Origin: Polyangiaceae bacterium
Lineage (GTDB): Bacteria; Myxococcota_A; Polyangia; Polyangiales; Polyangiaceae
Assembly: GCA_050287085.1 (NCBI GenBank)
Contig: JBNKBE010000016.1
Coordinates: 32,001-96,000 of the forward strand
Reading direction: 5' to 3'
DNA: 64,000 nt
Part shown: positions 8,918-18,215 of the stretch, in pieces
Layout: each line of letters starts with the position of its first letter
Numbering within the stretch: the stretch's first letter is position 1
The notes under the pieces: generated by a model
What the model saw: only the letters and a program-made list of their open reading frames with translations
What the model was told of the DNA's origin: nothing
Database searches by the model: none
Program-made: the position numbers and the translations under genes

Positions 8918-10660
8918 CTACAGGGCGTCGATTGTAGCTTCCTGATGGGCTACTACGATGGGGGTTCGGTCAGCGGCCTCATACAGGCTTTGAAAGCGTT
9001 GAACCTCTGGTGTTTCGTACTCGAATAGTTCAGCTGCATAACGTGGTGAAAGCGATTGGTACAGCAGCTTGACAGAGATCTGAAGGGGCGGCTCAGCGCC
9101 GGACACGTCGATCCTGTATCCGACGCTATCGCTTCCCGCCTCGAAGTCATCGTCGCCGTCAACCCCCACCGGTCTCATCCAGGCAATGTCGGGGTGAGAT
9201 AGGGAAAAGCCTTTCGGGAGCAGGCGATTGTCCTTGCCGTAGTGGCTGCCTCGCAGAAGGCTGTAGGTGGGCGCATCTTCGTCGTTGAGCATTACCGATT
9301 CGAGTACATAAACCTCTGGGCTCTTGTCGATCTCGTCCCGGTGCACTTGGAACGGGCCGCCGACGAGTTCGCTGGGCAGAGGGCGCCCCTTGGCGTCGAT
9401 CAGCGTTCCGGACTCATCGAAGGCGCCGGAGTGTAGCAGCGTATTGCCCCGTGCATCTTCAATCCGAGCTTCGAGCCAGGCGCGCCGCGCGGGATGACCC
9501 GTGGGGAATTTGTGACCGGCTAGATTGATGACCTCAACGTCCAAGCGGAGTTCGGTTGTCGTGAGTTCAAGTGTTAAGTTGAGGTCGGCGGTATTGTGTT
9601 GGAGCTGCTCTGTTGCCAGTTGAATCGTTGCATCGAAAGCGGCCCGTGGCGCAGAAACGTCGAGTGCTGCAGCGTTGTCGCGCAAGATGGCAGGTATCAG
9701 CGTGTTGCCCCCAACGAAGATGTGCTGGGCGTACGGTTCTCGCTCGCTCAATCTGGGGAAGTCCATCCCCCCTGGATTGCGTGCCAGGGCGGACTTGATT
9801 GTGATGCCGTCTGCGCTCTCGTGTGGCATGTGACAACTCTGGCAGCTCCGCCCTTGGGCGTTCTTCGTCTCGTCGTTGAACGCGGAGTTCTTCCATTCCA
9901 GATAGGGGGCCTGTTCTGGCAGTACTCCAACCTCCAAGCCATCGACGGAAAGCGCGTGGGTCTGCAAAGTGTGGCACGTAGCACAGAGCGCGGACGCTTG
10001 AACGTGCTTGGCGTCTTCCGGTGTGAAGCCGGAAAATCGTTGCATGGGCATGGCAAACGGGTTCGGATGAGGGCCATAGATTCGGGCCTGGTCGTTGAGT
10101 TGGAATCCGCCGGAGAAGGAGCGTTCCTCGCCCAGATTGTCGCTTTCGATCTGATGGCAGACAGCACACGACACACCGTCGCGAGCTAGCCAACCCGCTT
10201 GGCTAGATTCATCGATTCGCGTCAGATCTGCACCGCTTTCCGACATTGGGGAATGGCAGCGCATACATTTCGCCTCGATGGCTGAGCGAGCGGATGGAAA
10301 CTGCGCCACCTCTGCTGACACCGCGGCGCGCCATAGCGGATCGCGCGCGGCATTGGCCATCATGCTCGAGCGCCACAGATCGAAGAATCCCACTGAACGG
10401 CCTCGATCGTCTCGCATGGCGTCCGCGCCGGCGCTGTTGCTGTGGCACTCAGCGCACACCTCAGAGCTAGCCAACTTGACCTGCGAGGTCGAACGACCAT
10501 TGCCGTCAAGCACTGAAACCGAGCTGGGTGTGGTTCCTGCGGCGTCCCCACCCGGTTTGCGACCCATACAGCCTGGAGCGGCCAGCGCGCCAGCGAGTAC
10601 CGTGGCGGCGACATATTGCGAGTGATATAGGGCCATCTGCATGAGTGAAGCATGGGTCAT
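8918..10660 (-). CDS. Pentaheme c-type cytochrome, probable lipoprotein
   Basis: Five CxxCH motifs (CAECH, CMRCH, CAVCH, CATCH, CQSCH), SMMANAARDP and GHKFPTG motifs, lipobox APGC. Start uncertain. Confidence 0.85.
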   Translation of the reverse strand: MTHASLMQMALYHSQYVAATVLAGALAAPGCMGRKPGGDAAGTTPSSVSVLDGNGRSTSQVKLASSEVCAECHSNSAGADAMRDDRGRSVGFFDLWRSSMMANAARDPLWRAAVSAEVAQFPSARSAIEAKCMRCHSPMSESGADLTRIDESSQAGWLARDGVSCAVCHQIESDNLGEERSFSGGFQLNDQARIYGPHPNPFAMPMQRFSGFTPEDAKHVQASALCATCHTLQTHALSVDGLEVGVLPEQAPYLEWKNSAFNDETKNAQGRSCQSCHMPHESADGITIKSALARNPGGMDFPRLSEREPYAQHIFVGGNTLIPAILRDNAAALDVSAPRAAFDATIQLATEQLQHNTADLNLTLELTTTELRLDVEVINLAGHKFPTGHPARRAWLEARIEDARGNTLLHSGAFDESGTLIDAKGRPLPSELVGGPFQVHRDEIDKSPEVYVLESVMLNDEDAPTYSLLRGSHYGKDNRLLPKGFSLSHPDIAWMRPVGVDGDDDFEAGSDSVGYRIDVSGAEPPLQISVKLLYQSLSPRYAAELFEYETPEVQRFQSLYEAADRTPIVVAHQEATIDAL

Positions 10661-10786
10661 GCCAGAGGCCTTTCGGTGTCATTGCCTGCCCCCGGGACCC
10701 CGTATCTTTCCCGGTCGCAACGACTTGCAACAGCTCCGTGCAACGCTTGGGGGGCTGGGACTTGTTGTTGCGTCGAGGTACTGCTC

Positions 10787-11641
10787 ATGACGACCCGTGG
10801 GGCGAAAGGCTTGTGTACTGACCCGACGGCGCGGTTTGTGGCCAGTGCGGTCGTTCTGATGGTGACCGTGCTCGCCCGCGTAGCTTCGGCAGAGCAGGAG
10901 AGCGACGGCGTGATGGCGGAGCGGAGCCGGCTCTTGCCAAACTATCGCCTCGGAGCGTGGCTGGGCCCGGATCACCTTCAGCTTCGGGAGGATCTGCTTC
11001 GCCCGTGGGTGTGGTCGGGCGGCGGCGTTCAGTTGGGGTTCAACCTTGTTCGGAGTAGCGCGGAGGCTCGTCAGTCCCTCGACCTTCTCTTGGGTGCGGA
11101 CGTCGTGAGCAATCGCTACGACCATCTGGGAGCGGCGATTGCCTATGGCGCGTCGGTGGCTTCACTACATCGAGTATTGAGTCGGGGCTCCCTTGGTCTT
11201 TGGCTGGGGGGAACCTACCGCTTCGAGACGCTGGTGGCTTATTACGCCCAATGGGATGACTCGTTCATGTATTGGCTTACCAGCCATTCCATCGCCCCGA
11301 CCTGGGGACTTTCCGCGGCGCCGCTGCGGGGTTGGGAACTCTTGGCGACTGTCGAGATCCCTCTCGTCGGTGTGCTCTCTCGGCCACCCACCGCGCGCGA
11401 CAACAAGGCGGACCCCTTGACGTACCCGCAGCATTGGCCAGCGTATACGCATCGTGAGCTGAGATGGTCCCACCCTGGCAATTGGTTTGCTCCCACGGCC
11501 GCCCTCACGTTGTCTCGCGAAAGCCGAGGCCCATGGACGTGGTCCTTGCGAGCTTCTGCTAGCTACCGCTTCTCGCCCATTCCGCGAGGGGTATGGGCTC
11601 TCCGCAATACTCTGAGCGTGGAGTTGAGTCGTGAACTCTAG
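10787..11641 (+). CDS. Hypothetical exported, probable outer-membrane beta-rich protein
   Basis: Signal peptide-like N-terminus and amphipathic beta-strand pattern; overlaps the downstream hydrolase start. Confidence 0.55.
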   Translation: MTTRGAKGLCTDPTARFVASAVVLMVTVLARVASAEQESDGVMAERSRLLPNYRLGAWLGPDHLQLREDLLRPWVWSGGGVQLGFNLVRSSAEARQSLDLLLGADVVSNRYDHLGAAIAYGASVASLHRVLSRGSLGLWLGGTYRFETLVAYYAQWDDSFMYWLTSHSIAPTWGLSAAPLRGWELLATVEIPLVGVLSRPPTARDNKADPLTYPQHWPAYTHRELRWSHPGNWFAPTAALTLSRESRGPWTWSLRASASYRFSPIPRGVWALRNTLSVELSREL

Positions 11642-12752
11642 TCGCTTTGCATCGCGTCGTCGGTGGCTACGCGCGACGGCGGCGGCGTGTGGCGCTACGG
11701 TCGTGGGGTGTCTGCGTGAAGGCCGGCTCAAGCGCCCTATTGAATACACGCCCAAGCAGCGACCGGACTGGCCCGTCGCCGCGGCTGAGGCGGTTGGTCT
11801 GACTGCGACGGATCTGCGACGCGCCTACGAGTTTGTATTTGATCCGGAGCAGGTTCTCAACATTCGCAGCTTGTTGGTTGCCAGACGTGGTCGCCTCGTT
11901 GCGGAGGGATACGTAGCGGACGCCCATGACATCGACCGTCTGGGGGCGTTGATGTCGGCCACCAAGAGCTTTACGTCGGTGCTCGCCGCCATCGCGATTG
12001 AAGAAAAGCTCTTGCCGTCGCTCGACGTGCGGGTGGGCGACGTCTTCTCGGAGCTCCGCGCATCCCGTCGCTACGCCGACCTCACGCTGCGTGACGCCCT
12101 GACGATGCGCGCGGGGATTGACTACGCGAACGAAGACTTCTCGCTAGACATGGAGTGGGGTGACCATGCCGATTCGGTTGCCTTCTTGTTGTCCAAGCCC
12201 AAAGCGGCGCCTCCCGGTCGTGTGTTTCACTACACCGATGCAAGTCTTCATCTTGCCGGCGCGATCGTGGCGCAGCACGTCGGGATGCCACTCGAGCGCT
12301 TCGCGAGTCGTGTTCTATTCACACCGCTGGGCATTGAGCGCTATCGCTGGCTCAAGCATTCAGATGGGCGCAACTACGGTGCATACGGGCTGTTCCTGAC
12401 GCCGCGCGCGTTTCTGCGCTTCGGTCAGGCCATGTTGGACGCGCTAGCTGAACAAGAGGCGGATATCCCAAGTCGCCCCCGAATCGTCGGTCGAGACCGA
12501 CTACTACCAGCTGTTTCATTTCAAGTAGAGCCTGATTTCGGTGATGGCTTCGGCTACGGCCTTGCTTGGTGGATCACGCCGGAGCGAGACGGCTTCTGTG
12601 CATGGGGTCACGGCGGACAGATGTGTCTATGTCTGCCGGATGAACAGCTCGTCATTGTCGTCACTGCAGAGCCCAATTCCGACGAAGGTTCAGTCTCCGT
12701 CAGTGGTCATGAGCTGTTGCATATCAAACGTCTGCTGCTAGGTCGCGACTGA
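11631..12752 (+). CDS. Serine hydrolase, beta-lactamase/AmpC-like family, Tat/lipoprotein signal
   Basis: SRRRWL twin-arginine-like motif, SATK (SxxK), FHY, WGHGGQ. Confidence 0.85.
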   Translation: MNSSRFASRRRWLRATAAACGATVVGCLREGRLKRPIEYTPKQRPDWPVAAAEAVGLTATDLRRAYEFVFDPEQVLNIRSLLVARRGRLVAEGYVADAHDIDRLGALMSATKSFTSVLAAIAIEEKLLPSLDVRVGDVFSELRASRRYADLTLRDALTMRAGIDYANEDFSLDMEWGDHADSVAFLLSKPKAAPPGRVFHYTDASLHLAGAIVAQHVGMPLERFASRVLFTPLGIERYRWLKHSDGRNYGAYGLFLTPRAFLRFGQAMLDALAEQEADIPSRPRIVGRDRLLPAVSFQVEPDFGDGFGYGLAWWITPERDGFCAWGHGGQMCLCLPDEQLVIVVTAEPNSDEGSVSVSGHELLHIKRLLLGRD

Positions 12753-12884
12753 CTCTCGGTCTTGGGTGCTCTTCGACGCCTAGTCCGAGCCCGTGGGGGG
12801 CGCATTCGGCGGCGCTGGGCCTGTTCATGAAGCGCCGGAGTCCGTCGTGCTTGCCGGGTCAGGCGCGCGCCCGACTATGCCGGC

Positions 12885-12940
12885 CAACCTTGATGGATAG
12901 TCGCTCCGGAACTACCCCACCGGGCTTTGCCAAGTCCTCG
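12885..12940 (-). repeat. 56-bp dispersed intergenic repeat, copy 2
   Basis: Reverse-complement match to 4188-4243 with 5 mismatches. Confidence 0.85.
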
Positions 12941-13107
12941 GCGACAAGGTGCTTTCGCGTTGGAACCGGCCCCCCAAAATCGAACCCCCTCCCACCGGCC
13001 GAACCCCAAACCGCGGGGAGTGAGCAAGCTCGCTCTCCGCACCTCCGATCAAAGCTTCCTGCCATGTGAAGGTATCGACCTGTGCACCAGAGGTGCTATG
13101 GAATTGC

Positions 13108-13689
13108 ATGGCTTTGGTGTTCGCGTACGGAAGTCTTGTCAATGCGAAGAGCCGCGCGCGAACGTTGCACCCGAGCGCAGCGGTGCCGGCGTGCGTGCGT
13201 GGGGTAAGGCGCAGCTGGTGCGTGCGAGCATCGGACATCGGCGCGACCAGCCTTGGGCTCACGTTGGAACCGAACAGCTGGTGCAATGGGGTGTTGCTCT
13301 CAGTAGCCACCGCGGAGCTCTCAGCATTGGACGAGCGAGAGCGACAGTACCAGCGCGTTGCTCTTGATGTAGGCTGCATCGACGCCGAAAGACCGCTGTG
13401 TGGCAGCGAGCGCGTGTTGACCTATGTTGCGAACGAAGTGATCGCGCCGGACGATGAGCATCCAATTCTGCAATCTTATCTTGATGTCGCACTCAGCGGA
13501 TTTCTCGATATTGGGGTGCGAGCCGCCGCCGAGTTCGTCGCTCAGACGGAAGGCTGGCGGGGGGCGTGGCTAGACGATCGCGTGGCGCCTCGCTATCCGA
13601 TTCAGGAATCTTCGCATCCGAGCGTTGTTCTCGACGCCTTGCTGCAGCGCTGTTTGGGAGGCGGGCTCTCGTGCAGAGCTCGAACATAG
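13108..13689 (+). CDS. Gamma-glutamylcyclotransferase-like protein
   Basis: VFAYGSLVN, CNGVL, LDERERQY, ILQSYLDV motifs. Confidence 0.8.
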   Translation: MALVFAYGSLVNAKSRARTLHPSAAVPACVRGVRRSWCVRASDIGATSLGLTLEPNSWCNGVLLSVATAELSALDERERQYQRVALDVGCIDAERPLCGSERVLTYVANEVIAPDDEHPILQSYLDVALSGFLDIGVRAAAEFVAQTEGWRGAWLDDRVAPRYPIQESSHPSVVLDALLQRCLGGGLSCRART

Positions 13690-13693
13690 GCCT

Positions 13694-14638
13694 GTGGAGA
13701 CAGTTCCGGTTACGGTCATTACGGGTTTTCTCGGGGCGGGAAAGTCGACGCTGGTTCAGGCCTGGCTCCAAGAACTCCCGGCGGGTGAGGTGGCGGTGAT
13801 CGTCAACGAACGTGGTGAAGTGGGTATCGACGGCGAGCTGCTTGCGACTCATGTGGCGCGCCTCCGTGAGATCACCGGTGCCTGCGTATGTTGCGCCGGT
13901 CAGGCTGAGCTTGTCCGCGCTCTCGATGACTTCAGTCGGACGGAGCCTCAGCCCCGTCGGATTATCGTGGAAACCTCGGGCGCCGCCTCGCCCGCAGGCG
14001 TCCTGGGGGGGCTTGCGGCGCTCAGAAAGCACAAACGGCTGTCGCTTGATGGCGTTGTTACGGTTGTTGACGCGACCCGCGTCGAGACGGCACTCGCCTT
14101 CGACGTAGGTATCGAGCAGCTGGGATTCGCGGACGTGGTAGTCATGTCTCATGCCGAGCAGGTGGCAAGTCACGAGGCTTTCGCCACGCTGCAGGGCAGG
14201 TTGAAGCGCCATGCTCCGGCAGCGGTATTTACGGAGATCCGCTACGGTCGAGGCGTGCGGCGTTTGGAGGAGCTTCTAGCAGCTCGACTGGAGACGCTAC
14301 ATCTGGTGCCCAGTCGTCCGCAGCACGGGGCGATCGAGGCGGTGACTCTGGTCGCAGAAGGGGCGCTTGATGAAGAGCGGTTCATCACCTGGGTCGAGGG
14401 CACGCTCGGGGACGTCGAGGCGCGGCTCCTGCGTGTCAAGGGGATCATCGCGATCGCGGGGCTCGAGGCGCGTCTTGTGATCCAAGGGGTTGGAGGGGCG
14501 ATTGATGTTCAGGTGGGGGCTCCCTGGTTGGGGACAGCCCCCAGCAGCAAGATGGTAGTGCTTGGTCTCGGTCTCGATGCGGCCGAGCTTGAGAAGGGGT
14601 TTTTGGCGTGTTGTATCGCCCCAACGCTCGAAGCGTGA
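13694..14638 (+). CDS. CobW/COG0523 family metal-chaperone GTPase
   Basis: VTVITGFLGAGKST, NERGE, CVCC, VETSG and C-terminal LLRVKG. Confidence 0.9.
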   Translation: METVPVTVITGFLGAGKSTLVQAWLQELPAGEVAVIVNERGEVGIDGELLATHVARLREITGACVCCAGQAELVRALDDFSRTEPQPRRIIVETSGAASPAGVLGGLAALRKHKRLSLDGVVTVVDATRVETALAFDVGIEQLGFADVVVMSHAEQVASHEAFATLQGRLKRHAPAAVFTEIRYGRGVRRLEELLAARLETLHLVPSRPQHGAIEAVTLVAEGALDEERFITWVEGTLGDVEARLLRVKGIIAIAGLEARLVIQGVGGAIDVQVGAPWLGTAPSSKMVVLGLGLDAAELEKGFLACCIAPTLEA

Positions 14639-14897
14639 ATGAGGCGGACTGGCTCCGACAGTTTTCAGCCGAGCTGAGTCATCTCCCGTTGGGGCAGGTG
14701 TGCGAGTCGCGGGGGGCGGGTGGTGAAACGCCGCAAACCGAAGCCCGTTCCGCCTTGGTGCGAGTACGGCCGGCGAGTCGTTGACGGCGGGCGGAATTCC
14801 AGGAAAAGCAGATTGCCAACCAGTGGGCTGGAAGCCCTGCAGGCGTTGCGGAAGACTGTCCGACGGTCAGCCTCGGATGTAGGGTAGTGTAGCTCAT

Positions 14898-16691
14898 ATG
14901 CGTCGCCAATTCGGAGCTTCGTCTTTCGCGTCCCTAGCGATGGGGATCGCGAGTGCTTTGACGACGGTTTTTGGTTGCACCACCTACGACGAGAACTTGC
15001 TGGCTTCCACGTCGCGGCGTCGAGACAGCTCGGAAGCTGCGTCCCGTGATGCGAGCGTTGGAGACGCTGAGGGGCCCCAACGGGATGCCGGCGCGGCTCC
15101 GGGTGATGACGTTGGCGATCCGGACAAGGTATCTGATTCCGGCGCTTCGGGAAGCGGCGCGGGTGGGAGCGCGGGATCGTCCGGTGACGGAGGGGGCGCT
15201 TCGGGAAGCGACGCTGGCGAAAGCGCGGGCTCGTCCGGCGAAGGCGGTGAAGGGGGCGCGTCGGGAAGCGACGCTGGCGGAAGCGCGGGCTCGTCCGGCA
15301 CTGATCCTGAGGAGCCTCCGACGGGGGTACTTCTCAACGGAGTTCAGTGGGCTGATGCGATGGGCAATCCCATTCATGCGCACGGCGGCAGTGTGCTGAG
15401 GGAGGGCGACTTCTACTATTGGTTTGGGGAGAAGCGCACAGACAACAACAGGTTTCTGGCAATATCTGCATACCGTTCCAGCGACCTGATGCACTGGGAA
15501 TTCGTCAATGACGTCCTAGTGCCCACGGCGGACCCAGAGCTGGCGTCTGCCAATGTGGAGAGGCCGCGTGTTGTCTACAACGAAGCGACACAGCGCTACG
15601 TCATGTGGATGCATTGGGAGAACGGCGATGACTACACCGAGGCCCGCGCCGCGGTCGCTAGCTCTTCCGAAATCGCCGGGAACTACGTCTACCATGGCAG
15701 CTTGCGTCCGCTAGCAGACACGGGCGTCACGGAGTTGGGTAAGCCCGGTTATATGTCGCGGGACTGCGCGCTATTCATTGACGACGATGGCACCGGTTAC
15801 TTCATGTCGGCCGCCAACGACAATCGCGATCTCAATCTATATCAGTTGAGCTCCGACTATCTTGAAATTGAAGAGCTGACTGCGCAGTTGTCCAAAGGTG
15901 TCTTGCGCGAAGCGCCCGTCCTGTTCAAGCGCAAGGGGCGCTATTTCTTGCTGATGTCAGGCACAACCGGCTGGTCCCCGAATCAGTCGGAGTACGCGTC
16001 GAGTGAGGAGTTAACCCAGGGTTGGTCGTCGTTTGCGCCGGTCGCGGACGCCCACACCTACTACTCTCAGCCTACCTTTGTGTTGGCGGTGGGAGAGCGC
16101 AGCGGAAGTGATCTGCTCTATCTTGGCGATCGCTGGGCTGGGGCATGGCAAAAGCCCGTGAACGAGTCAACCTACGTCTGGCAGCCGATCGCTTTCCCCG
16201 ACGATACGACCATGACTTTGACGCAGTCGAGCAGCCTTCGTATCGATGTGTCGGCAGGCACGGCGACAGGTACGACAGCTCCGGTCGTCTTTGTTCACGA
16301 GGCCAGTGGCCTTGCGCTGTCGGTTGAGGGGTCCGTCGATGCGGATGGTGCTAAGCTGAAGCTGTCAGAGGCGGGGTCCGCCACTAAGTTCAACTTGAGC
16401 TACGATGGCGCCGGGTACTTCTATCTGGTGGCCGATGGCGGCACCCGCGTGGTCGACGTGCCCGACGAGTCACTGGCGGCCAACATTCCGCTCCAGCTTT
16501 GGAGGAACAAGCAGGGTGATCACCAACGTTGGCGACCTGTAGACCTGGGGGACGGTCGCTACCAGATCCAGGGCAAGCGGGCCGACTTCCGTATTGGTGT
16601 GGGAGGCGTTCCGGCCGTGGGCGCCGATATTCAGCAACAGGAACCGCTCGCCGGGGACGAACAAGTCTGGCGGATACTACCCGTGCCCTGA
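14898..16691 (+). CDS. Lipoprotein: Gly/Ser-rich linker + GH43 glycoside hydrolase (beta-galactanase-like) + ricin-B (CBM13-like) domain
   Basis: IHAHGG, VERP, SRD..LF.DDDG, REAP, GWSPN, SQPT; C-terminal VDVPD.S...QLW...HQRW ricin repeats. Confidence 0.85.
   Translation: MRRQFGASSFASLAMGIASALTTVFGCTTYDENLLASTSRRRDSSEAASRDASVGDAEGPQRDAGAAPGDDVGDPDKVSDSGASGSGAGGSAGSSGDGGGASGSDAGESAGSSGEGGEGGASGSDAGGSAGSSGTDPEEPPTGVLLNGVQWADAMGNPIHAHGGSVLREGDFYYWFGEKRTDNNRFLAISAYRSSDLMHWEFVNDVLVPTADPELASANVERPRVVYNEATQRYVMWMHWENGDDYTEARAAVASSSEIAGNYVYHGSLRPLADTGVTELGKPGYMSRDCALFIDDDGTGYFMSAANDNRDLNLYQLSSDYLEIEELTAQLSKGVLREAPVLFKRKGRYFLLMSGTTGWSPNQSEYASSEELTQGWSSFAPVADAHTYYSQPTFVLAVGERSGSDLLYLGDRWAGAWQKPVNESTYVWQPIAFPDDTTMTLTQSSSLRIDVSAGTATGTTAPVVFVHEASGLALSVEGSVDADGAKLKLSEAGSATKFNLSYDGAGYFYLVADGGTRVVDVPDESLAANIPLQLWRNKQGDHQRWRPVDLGDGRYQIQGKRADFRIGVGGVPAVGADIQQQEPLAGDEQVWRILPVP
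15143..15299 (+). repeat. Three imperfect coding repeats (ASGSxAGxSAGSSG) in the GH43 linker
   Basis: Repeated TCGGGAAGCG..GC.GG...AGCGCGGG.TCGTCCGG units. Confidence 0.7.
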
Positions 16692-16731
16692 GGGCCCACC
16701 AGCGGGTGCATAGGGCACGGCAGGGACGCGC

Positions 16732-17138
16732 TCAGCGGCTCGCGGTCAACACTTTCGGCGAGAAAGCGATCATGCCGCACAACTGCTTCAGTTGAGGAGC
16801 ATGGTCCAGCACGTCGTCGTACGACCACGCTGCTTCGTTGAGCCACTCGCCCGCGACCTCAACGTCCCAGTAGCTTGCGTCTCCCTTGAGGGGGCAATGC
16901 GTTCGTTTTGCTGTGGGGCGCAGCTGGCTATCGAAGAGCTTGCGTTCGAAGTACACCGATTCTGGATAGGTTGTCTTGTAGGTCTCGCGCAGAACCAGTG
17001 CCTCCGCGCTGGCGCCTTCCACTTTCGCCAGGGCTGCAGGGATTGGGCGCACTTCGCGTACTAGACTCATGAAGTGCGCCGGCTCATTGGGCCGGCGGAT
17101 GAGAGTGGGCGACGGGTCTGTGAGGGGGGATCCTGTCA
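16732..17138 (-). CDS. DUF427 family protein
   Basis: LVLRE...YF...THCPLKGDASYW...AAWSY motif. Start uncertain. Confidence 0.8.
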
Positions 17139-17327
17139 TGGGGCTCCGGTTGGACTTGTTCGGCGAGGTGGTACGACTTTCGGACGGCTTGTCATGCTGG
17201 CAAGCTATCGGGATGTAGTCCACTCGCCCTCCGAGACAAGCCCCAGAGCGGGCGATTTGGCAGTGGACCGCCGCGTTCGCGCTGGGGCCGCGACGGCGGT
17301 GGGGTGCGCGGGGTGAGCCTGCTGCCT

Positions 17328-18215
17328 CTAGGGCTGCGATTGGCCTTGAGCTGGCGCCGCACCACTCGCTGGTGTTCCGACCCCATGGGGATTGGTCGGT
17401 GTTGCGGTCCCAGGTGAGACGGCGTTTGCTGCTGCCGTTGTTTGGCTCCGACCCTGTTCGGCCTTGGCCGCGATGGCCTTGATGGCCTCGAGGGTCGCTC
17501 CGTCCTTGGCTGCGGCTCCACTAGAGGCGGGCTCGGACGTCTTGCCAAGGATCTTGGCGTTCTCAAGCAACACCGCGTAGTGATAGCCGAGACCCAGATC
17601 GACATCGCGCCGAAGAGCGGCCTCCACGGTGACGACGTCGCCCAATTCGGCATCCGCGTTGGTTGTGACCGTGACGTCGTTGGTGCCTTGCTGGGCACTT
17701 CCGCTGCCATCACGCATGTGCAGGTAGGTCAATCCTTTGATGCCCCCGGTCTTGCGCACCACCGTGCCCGCAATGCGCACCGGTTTGCCCTCAAGCGATT
17801 CGACCTGTTGGTATAATTCTTCGATGGTGCGTCCTAACGCGCCCGCAGGCTTCGCTACCTTCTGTACTGGAATGTCGGGCTCTGCGTGCAGCGTGACATG
17901 AGGGTTCTCGTGCGGGTTTCCGGTTTCGCTCTCGGCGTCTACGCTCCCCGCGCGGGCCTGGCGATGGATCTCGTCGTTGGGCGCCTGGACTCCGTCCAAC
18001 GTCGTGCCCACCGGGCCCGCGACGACAGCTGGCGCTGGAGACGGCGCCGCGGCGGTACTCGCGCTTGCGGGTGGCTTACCGTTTCCGTCCAACCAGAATG
18101 CGCCTATCCCCGCGAGAGCAAGGACCCCTATGAGCACGTGCGGCAACTTGACGTAGCCGGGGGGCACCGCCGGGGTATTCTGATCTCCCTTTTCGTCTAG
18201 AATCTTGGTCGCCAT
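17328..18215 (-). CDS. Membrane-anchored OB-fold protein (NrfJ-related C-terminal domain-like)
   Basis: TM helix, NPH motifs, TIEEL...GKPV.IAGTVV...H.RDGSG...D.TVTT...GD.V...GY.Y; last gene of the cytochrome operon. Confidence 0.6.
   Translation of the reverse strand: MATKILDEKGDQNTPAVPPGYVKLPHVLIGVLALAGIGAFWLDGNGKPPASASTAAAPSPAPAVVAGPVGTTLDGVQAPNDEIHRQARAGSVDAESETGNPHENPHVTLHAEPDIPVQKVAKPAGALGRTIEELYQQVESLEGKPVRIAGTVVRKTGGIKGLTYLHMRDGSGSAQQGTNDVTVTTNADAELGDVVTVEAALRRDVDLGLGYHYAVLLENAKILGKTSEPASSGAAAKDGATLEAIKAIAAKAEQGRSQTTAAANAVSPGTATPTNPHGVGTPASGAAPAQGQSQP

Noticed and set aside
13694..14638. CobW GTPase as part of hydrogenase nickel delivery
   Set aside because: About 28 kb from the hyp cluster, which has its own HypA/HypB; no linking evidence.
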